Source: Ktedonobacterales bacterium
Lineage (GTDB): Bacteria > Chloroflexota > Ktedonobacteria > Ktedonobacterales > JADMIN01
Assembly (NCBI GenBank): GCA_030167145.1
Contig: CP126532.1
Location: 3,210,001 to 3,242,000, forward strand
Direction of reading: 5' to 3'
Length of the DNA: 32,000 bases
A program made the position numbers and the translations under genes. Under the pieces are notes generated by a model. The model was not told the origin of the DNA. It worked only from the letters and a program-made list of their open reading frames with translations, and made no database searches. This document shows positions 27,136 through 32,000 of this stretch, piece after piece. Every line of letters starts with the position of its first letter. Position 1 is the first letter of the stretch.

Positions 27136-28179
27136 ATGCGCACCACTCGCACGATTCCCGCAGCCGTCGTCAACGGCGCCGGCTATGGCGGCGTCGAACT
27201 CCTGCGCCTGCTCGCTCGCCATCCTGTCTTCGATCTCGTCGAAGTCACCGCGCGCAGCGATGCTGGCAAACCCGTTGCCAGTGTCTTCCCCCACCTGCCC
27301 GATCTCGCCCTCACCTTCACCGAGCGCGTCGAGCGCGCCGAAGTCGTCTTTCTCGCCCTGCCAGACGATGCCGCAGTCGAGATCGCCCCCGAACTCGTCG
27401 CCTCTGGCCGTCGTGTGCTGGACCTCTCAGCGGCCTTCCGCCTGCGCGACCCCGCGCTCTACCCGCGCTGGTACGGCTACCAGCATCCCGCCGCGCCGCT
27501 GCTCTCCCGTGCCGTCTACGGCCTGCCAGAGCTAGCGCGTGATGCCCTGCGCGATGATGCTGTTCTCGTCGCCTGCCCCGGCTGCTACCCCACCGCCGCG
27601 ATACTTGCCCTGGCTCCCGCGTTGCGTTCCGGCCTGATCGCGCCCGACCTCATCGTAGACGCGAAATCCGGCCTCAGCGGCGCGGGCCGCACCCTCAAGC
27701 TCAACACCCACTACAGCGAGGCCAACGAAGACACCGCAGCCTACGGGCTGCAAGGCCACCGCCACCAGCCCGAAATCGCCCAGCAGCTACGCCACCTACA
27801 GGTTGATGGCGACACTGCTCCACTCCGGCTCACCTTCACCCCGCATCTCGTGCCGATGACGCGCGGCATCCTCGCCACCTGCTACGCCCCACTCCGAACG
27901 GGCGTCACCCCGCGCGACGTGGCCGCAGCCTACGCGGCAGCCTACGCCGACGAGCCGTTCGTGCGCGTGGCCAGCGCCCCACCGCATACCAAATGGACGC
28001 TTGGCTCGAACCTCTGCTTCGTCTATCCCGCCATAGACGAGGACGCAGAACGGCTCATCGTTGTCAGCGCGCTCGATAACCTCGTCAAAGGCGCGGCGGG
28101 CCAGGCGGTGCAATGCGCCAATCTGCTCTACGGCCTGCCCGAAACACTGGGCCTGCCCCTGGAAGGAGTCTACCCCTGA
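27136..28179 (+). CDS. argC: N-acetyl-gamma-glutamyl-phosphate reductase
   Basis: Start at MRTTRTIPAAVVNGAGYGG (27136); the ORF runs from 26950. The active-site region is VACPGCYPTAA, with a C-terminal DNLVKGAAGQAVQ. Confidence 0.9.
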   Translation: MRTTRTIPAAVVNGAGYGGVELLRLLARHPVFDLVEVTARSDAGKPVASVFPHLPDLALTFTERVERAEVVFLALPDDAAVEIAPELVASGRRVLDLSAAFRLRDPALYPRWYGYQHPAAPLLSRAVYGLPELARDALRDDAVLVACPGCYPTAAILALAPALRSGLIAPDLIVDAKSGLSGAGRTLKLNTHYSEANEDTAAYGLQGHRHQPEIAQQLRHLQVDGDTAPLRLTFTPHLVPMTRGILATCYAPLRTGVTPRDVAAAYAAAYADEPFVRVASAPPHTKWTLGSNLCFVYPAIDEDAERLIVVSALDNLVKGAAGQAVQCANLLYGLPETLGLPLEGVYP

Positions 28180-29066
28180 TGGCCGACACCATCATGGCCA
28201 GCGTTGGCGAACTGGCAGCGGCGAGCCGTGTCGCGCACCACGAAGTAATCGCACAGGTACTCAAAGAGGCGCAGCCCTACATCGAAGCCCTGCGTGGGCG
28301 CACCATCGTCATCAAGCTCGGCGGCAGCACTCTCGAAAACCAGCGCGACGCCCTCGAAGACATCGTCTGGCTGCGCGGGCTGGGCGCGCGTCCGGTGCTG
28401 GTGCATGGCGGCGGACCCGACATCAACGGCTGGCTGGAACGCCTGGGCATCGCCCACCGCTTTGCTCGCGGCCTGCGCGTCACCGATGCCGCCACCCTCG
28501 AAGTGGTCCGCATGGTGCTCATCGGCAAAGTGAATAGCGAACTGGTCGGACTCATCGGCCAGTTGGGCGGGCAGGCGGTGGGCATCTCCGGTGTGGATGG
28601 GCAACTGCTGCGCGCCACGCCCATCGCGCCGGAACTGGGCTACGTCGGCTCCGTCACCTCCGTCAACCCTGGCCCCATCGAAGTGTTGAGCGCGGCAGGC
28701 TATATTCCCGTGATCGCCCCACTCGCCCTGGGGCCAGACGACGCCGTCCTCAACGTCAACGCCGATGACGCCGCGGCGGATCTGGCGCGCGGGCTGGGCG
28801 CGGCGAAGCTGCTCTACCTCAGCAACATCCCCGGCATCCTCGACCAGAACGGCGACCTGCTCTCCGTGCTGACCGACGGCGACGTGCGCGCGCTGATCGC
28901 CGATGGCGTCATCTCCGGCGGCATGATCCCCAAGGCCGAGGCATGCCTGCGCGCCCTGGAAACCACCGCCCGCGTGCATATCGTAGATGGCCGTGAGCCG
29001 CACGTGCTGATCCGCGAACTCTTCACCCACGCGGGTGCGGGCACCATGATCGAGCGCGCGAGCTAA
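28179..29066 (+). CDS. argB: Acetylglutamate kinase
   Basis: Start at MADTIM. Its ATG overlaps the argC TGA (TGATG). Contains VIKLGGS, LVHGGGP and the NVNADDAA motif. Confidence 0.9.
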   Translation: MADTIMASVGELAAASRVAHHEVIAQVLKEAQPYIEALRGRTIVIKLGGSTLENQRDALEDIVWLRGLGARPVLVHGGGPDINGWLERLGIAHRFARGLRVTDAATLEVVRMVLIGKVNSELVGLIGQLGGQAVGISGVDGQLLRATPIAPELGYVGSVTSVNPGPIEVLSAAGYIPVIAPLALGPDDAVLNVNADDAAADLARGLGAAKLLYLSNIPGILDQNGDLLSVLTDGDVRALIADGVISGGMIPKAEACLRALETTARVHIVDGREPHVLIRELFTHAGAGTMIERAS

Positions 29067-29947
29067 GCGCCCTGCGCGAAGCTCATCCCCGCCACCGCCG
29101 TGTGCGCCAGCACTTGCTGCCCATTGCGCCACAGCACATTCTGCCGCGCCTCATCGCTCCAGCCGTCCAACGCATCGAACTGGCTCAGCCAGCGTTCCGG
29201 CGTGATGAATGGATAGTCTGAGCCAAAAAGAAACTTCCCATTCAGCCGCCCTGCGGCCTCCTTCAGCAGCGCGGGCGGAATATACTTGGGCAGCCAGCCG
29301 GAAAGGTCGTTATACACGTTGGGCTTGTGCTGCAGAATGGCGATCATCTCCTGCTCCCACGGCCACGAGGGATGCGCGCCGATGATCGTCAGCGCGGGAA
29401 AGTCAGCGGCCAGACTATCCAGGTAGATCGGGCGCGTGTAGTCCAGCTTGATCCCGCCGCCACCGGGCATCCCCGCCCCCAGGCCATTCGTGCCCGTATG
29501 AAACAGCGCGGGCACGCCCAGCGCCGTAATCTGCTCGAAGAGCGGGTAGAAGCGCCGGTCGTTGGGATAGAACGCCTGCACGCCAGGGTGAAATTTCATG
29601 CCCGAAAGGCCCAGGTCGCGCACCGCCCGCACAGCCTCGGTAATCGCCCGGTCGCCCTTGTGTGGGTCCACGCTGGCGAAGCCAACGAACTGCTGCGGGA
29701 AGCGCCGCACGATCTCTGCCACCGTATCGTTGCGCAGCGGCTTCTGCCCCGTCGCCGTCTCGGCATCCCACGCCAGCAGCACCCCCACGATCTCCCGCTC
29801 AGCGTAATAATCCGCGATCTCCTCGATGTCGCGTAGCTTCACCTCACTGCGAAAATACTGCTCTGCCGCCGCACGATACTGGCCGATGGCGACCTCCATG
29901 AACTCAGTAATCGGCAGATGCACGTGAAAATCAATCGCGCGTGGCAT
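29063..29947 (-). CDS. Amidohydrolase family protein (amidohydrolase-2 / TIM-barrel metal-dependent hydrolase)
   Basis: 294 aa. N-terminal IDFHVHL metal-binding motif, internal FHPG...H, and a C-terminal FGSDYP motif. Confidence 0.8.
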   Translation of the reverse strand: MPRAIDFHVHLPITEFMEVAIGQYRAAAEQYFRSEVKLRDIEEIADYYAEREIVGVLLAWDAETATGQKPLRNDTVAEIVRRFPQQFVGFASVDPHKGDRAITEAVRAVRDLGLSGMKFHPGVQAFYPNDRRFYPLFEQITALGVPALFHTGTNGLGAGMPGGGGIKLDYTRPIYLDSLAADFPALTIIGAHPSWPWEQEMIAILQHKPNVYNDLSGWLPKYIPPALLKEAAGRLNGKFLFGSDYPFITPERWLSQFDALDGWSDEARQNVLWRNGQQVLAHTAVAGMSFAQGA

Positions 29948-30070
29948 GGGATGCTCCTTTGTCGAACAATCTCTGGAGGCGTGAATCAGGCGAAGCTTTG
30001 CGCCGATGATCGCCTTGATGTGCCTATATGGTACAAGATGCGAGTACAGATTGTCAGGAAGGAGATGGGC

Positions 30071-30916
30071 ATGTCACAGCCAACCTATGACGCGGCGCAC
30101 ATCAGTGGCTTCTACGATGCCTACGGCGAGCAGGAGTGGGAGCGCATGGTCGCGGGGCCGCGCCAGCGCGTCAGCTTCGCCATCCACCAGCACTACTTGG
30201 CGCGCTTCATCGAGGCGGGCGACGCAGTATTAGAGGCGGGCGCGGGACCGGGCCGCTTCACCATCGAGCTGGCGCGGCTGGGCGCGCGTGTGACGGTTGG
30301 CGACATCTCGCCCGCGCAGCTTGCCCTGCACGCCCAGAAGTCCCGCGACGCGGGCATCGAAGCCAGCGTCGTCATCCGCGACGTGCTCGACATCGTAGAC
30401 CTCTCGCGCTACCCATCCGCGGCGTTCGACGCGGTCGTCTGCTATGGCGGCCCGCTGAGCTACGTCTTCGACCGCGCCGACGAGGCGCTGGCGGAAATGC
30501 TGCGCGTGACCAAGCCGGGCGGCCACGTGCTGCTCAGCGTCATGTCGCTGCTCGGCACGTCCCAACTCTTCTTCCCAGCGATTTTAGGAATCGCCGCCGC
30601 CCAGGGACTGGAGACCGTAGAGCAGGTGAACCAGACGGGCGACCTCACCAACCAGCAGGCCTCGCCCAACGGCCACTATTGCCGCATGTATCGCTGGTCA
30701 CGTCTCAACTCGCTACTGAAGCGCCACCCCTGCGAGATCATCGCCGCCTCCGCCTCGAACTTCCTCTCGATGCGCGACGACGATGAACTGCTTGCTCAGG
30801 TCGCGGCGAATCCCGCACTCTGGGAGGCATTCGTGCGCTGGGAGCTTGACTTCTGCCAGGAGCCAGGCGCCCTCGATGGCGGCACACACATCCTCGCCGT
30901 CGTCCGCAAATCCTGA
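30071..30916 (+). CDS. Class I SAM-dependent methyltransferase
   Basis: Start at MSQPTYD (30071) after AGGAAGGAG; the ORF runs from 29918. Motif I is VLEAGAGPGRFT, with an acidic post-I GDIS. Confidence 0.8.
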   Translation: MSQPTYDAAHISGFYDAYGEQEWERMVAGPRQRVSFAIHQHYLARFIEAGDAVLEAGAGPGRFTIELARLGARVTVGDISPAQLALHAQKSRDAGIEASVVIRDVLDIVDLSRYPSAAFDAVVCYGGPLSYVFDRADEALAEMLRVTKPGGHVLLSVMSLLGTSQLFFPAILGIAAAQGLETVEQVNQTGDLTNQQASPNGHYCRMYRWSRLNSLLKRHPCEIIAASASNFLSMRDDDELLAQVAANPALWEAFVRWELDFCQEPGALDGGTHILAVVRKS

Positions 30917-30973
30917 ATACAAGGGCTGATTCCGCGCTCGAGCAGATTATTGACGAAAAGTTGCCGGATGCTA

Positions 30974-31002
30974 TTGACAGCACGGCGCAAGATGGGTATA
31001 CT
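30974..31002 (+). promoter_or_regulatory. Near-consensus sigma-70 promoter TTGACA-17-TATACT
   Basis: -35 at 30974-30979 and -10 at 30997-31002, with a spacer of exactly 17 nt. A second TTGACG box lies 24 nt upstream. Confidence 0.6.
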
Positions 31003-31009
31003 ACATCGT

Positions 31010-31252
31010 GCTGACGATGATGTCAGCACAAATGCGCAAATTGTGAAAGGAGGTCAGGCACTTCGGGTGCGGCAGGAGTCGCGCATACAGGCCTGTGCGT
31101 TGATTACCGCAGCCCCTTCGTTTCTGGCATATGAACGCCAGAACGCTCCCATCAGGACGGCTTCACCTAGAGAACATTACCACGCGACCTAATCCCGAAC
31201 ACGAACCCAGGAAGTGGATAGTAGGAACCTTACAGGGTGAGGAGGAATCACC
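31010..31252 (+). promoter_or_regulatory. Long structured 5' leader (class unknown) of the secreted SH3b protein gene
   Basis: About 240 nt with no ORF. 5' hairpin GTGCTGAC-gatgat-GTCAGCAC (31007-31028). The SD GGAGG sits in the loop of GGTGA-ggaggaa-TCACC (31236-31252), directly abutting the GTG start. Confidence 0.35.
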
Positions 31253-32000
31253 GTGTCTCGGATCATATCGCTTGCTTTGTCTAGGTTTGGCGCATGGCGT
31301 ACCACCCGGGGACGCCTAACGCTCTTGTTGATCGTCGGACTCGCCGCATCGAGCGTGCTTGCCTCCGCTGGCACAGCGCTTGCCTACGGCGGCAAGCCCA
31401 CTACGCTTGGTGCAAAAGTCACACCATTTACCTGCGCGCCCGATAACTCATCACATACCACCAGTTGGACCGCTGACACCGTCTACTACGTGAACGCTAC
31501 TGGCGGCGTCAACGTCCGCAACGGCCCAGGAACCGGGTACTGCATCGTCACGTCGCAGGGCTACACCGCCGACGTCGTTGCCGTCCCCAACACCGCCACC
31601 GTCAACGCCAACGGCTACACGTGGATCAAGGTCGCGTATTATGAGGGCAACTGCCAGACCTGCACCAATTACTCCTGGTCGCAGACCGGCTGGATGGCCA
31701 TCAACTTCCTGACCAAAATGTCCTCAGGCTTCGAGTGCGTAGAGAGCGCGGGCTGCGCCCTGTACTTTGTTGACTCGTCGAGTGGCTATCCCTACCCTTC
31801 CAGTTACGACCCCAACCTGAGTCAATCGCAGTGCAGCGCCAGCAGCTCGCCAATGCCCTGCGAATGGCACGCCAACGGCTACAACTCCACCATCTCTCCC
31901 CCAAGCACCCAGTACACGCTCAAATACGGCGCGTATGACGGGAATCCTAACTGGTTCGCTTACCTGTACTCCTTCAAAGACGGCTCCTTTGAGGGTGACT
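31253..32000 (+). CDS. Secreted protein with bacterial SH3 (SH3b)-like domain, 3' partial
   Basis: Absent from the ORF track because it has a GTG start and runs off the window. The frame is open for 249 codons after an in-frame TGA at 31238-31240, with strong GC3 bias. GAGGAGGAA as RBS. Signal peptide LLLIVGLAASSVLASAGTALA. VNVRNGPGTGY...GYTWIKV is SH3b-like. Cys-rich C-terminal part. Confidence 0.65.
   Translation, partial: MSRIISLALSRFGAWRTTRGRLTLLLIVGLAASSVLASAGTALAYGGKPTTLGAKVTPFTCAPDNSSHTTSWTADTVYYVNATGGVNVRNGPGTGYCIVTSQGYTADVVAVPNTATVNANGYTWIKVAYYEGNCQTCTNYSWSQTGWMAINFLTKMSSGFECVESAGCALYFVDSSSGYPYPSSYDPNLSQSQCSASSSPMPCEWHANGYNSTISPPSTQYTLKYGAYDGNPNWFAYLYSFKDGSFEGD

Noticed and set aside
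31010-31252. ydaO/c-di-AMP riboswitch upstream of the secreted SH3b protein.
   Set aside because: I could not find the core motifs as I recall them (GGGGACCCA, GGGGUGAAUCC, CAGCUAACCUCGUA). Only a loose CCCGAAC match is present. cmsearch is needed to be certain.

Overview
Strongly GC-rich bacterial chromosomal segment with marked GC3 bias. Long antisense shadow ORFs are common, so the ORF track over-calls. Taxon cannot be assigned without a search. The gene set and 23S features would fit a high-GC Terrabacteria lineage (Chloroflexota- or Actinomycetota-like), but that is only an impression.

Gene order, left to right:
- VOC-fold protein, DUF1963/YwqG protein, secreted HNH-motif lipoprotein.
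- Minus-strand block: SDR, lipoate-ligase-fold gene, trpA, trpB behind a long leader.
- Secreted BNR/Asp-box (sialidase-fold) protein.
- tRNA-Arg(CCU), whose 3' half is duplicated about 0.6 kb away. The two copies bracket only a RelE/ParE-type toxin-antitoxin pair.
- P/Q-rich coiled-coil protein, HAD hydrolase, moaC, a tail-anchored low-complexity protein, a 90-aa SWIM-finger protein.
- A 500-nt noncoding gap holding a self-contained minus-strand promoter, folded domain and terminator.
- GlcD-like FAD oxidase, D-amino-acid oxidase, rpmE.
- A 23S rRNA gene that stands alone. It has tandem promoters and its own processing stem. There is no 16S upstream and no canonical 5S downstream. A 125-nt element with a 5S-like three-arm fold sits at the 5S position.
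- Sigma-70 factor, ruvB.
- Minus-strand operon (small His-rich ORF, DrrA-like ATPase, ABC-2 permease, tail-anchored protein) opposite a divergent MarR gene.
- argC-argB, amidohydrolase, SAM methyltransferase.
- A strong promoter and a roughly 240-nt leader ahead of a secreted SH3b-domain protein that runs off the window.

Most worth checking: the tRNA-flanked TA islet, the orphan 23S with its 5S-shaped element, and the two unclassified structured leader/sRNA candidates. No CRISPR array, transposase or integrase gene was seen.
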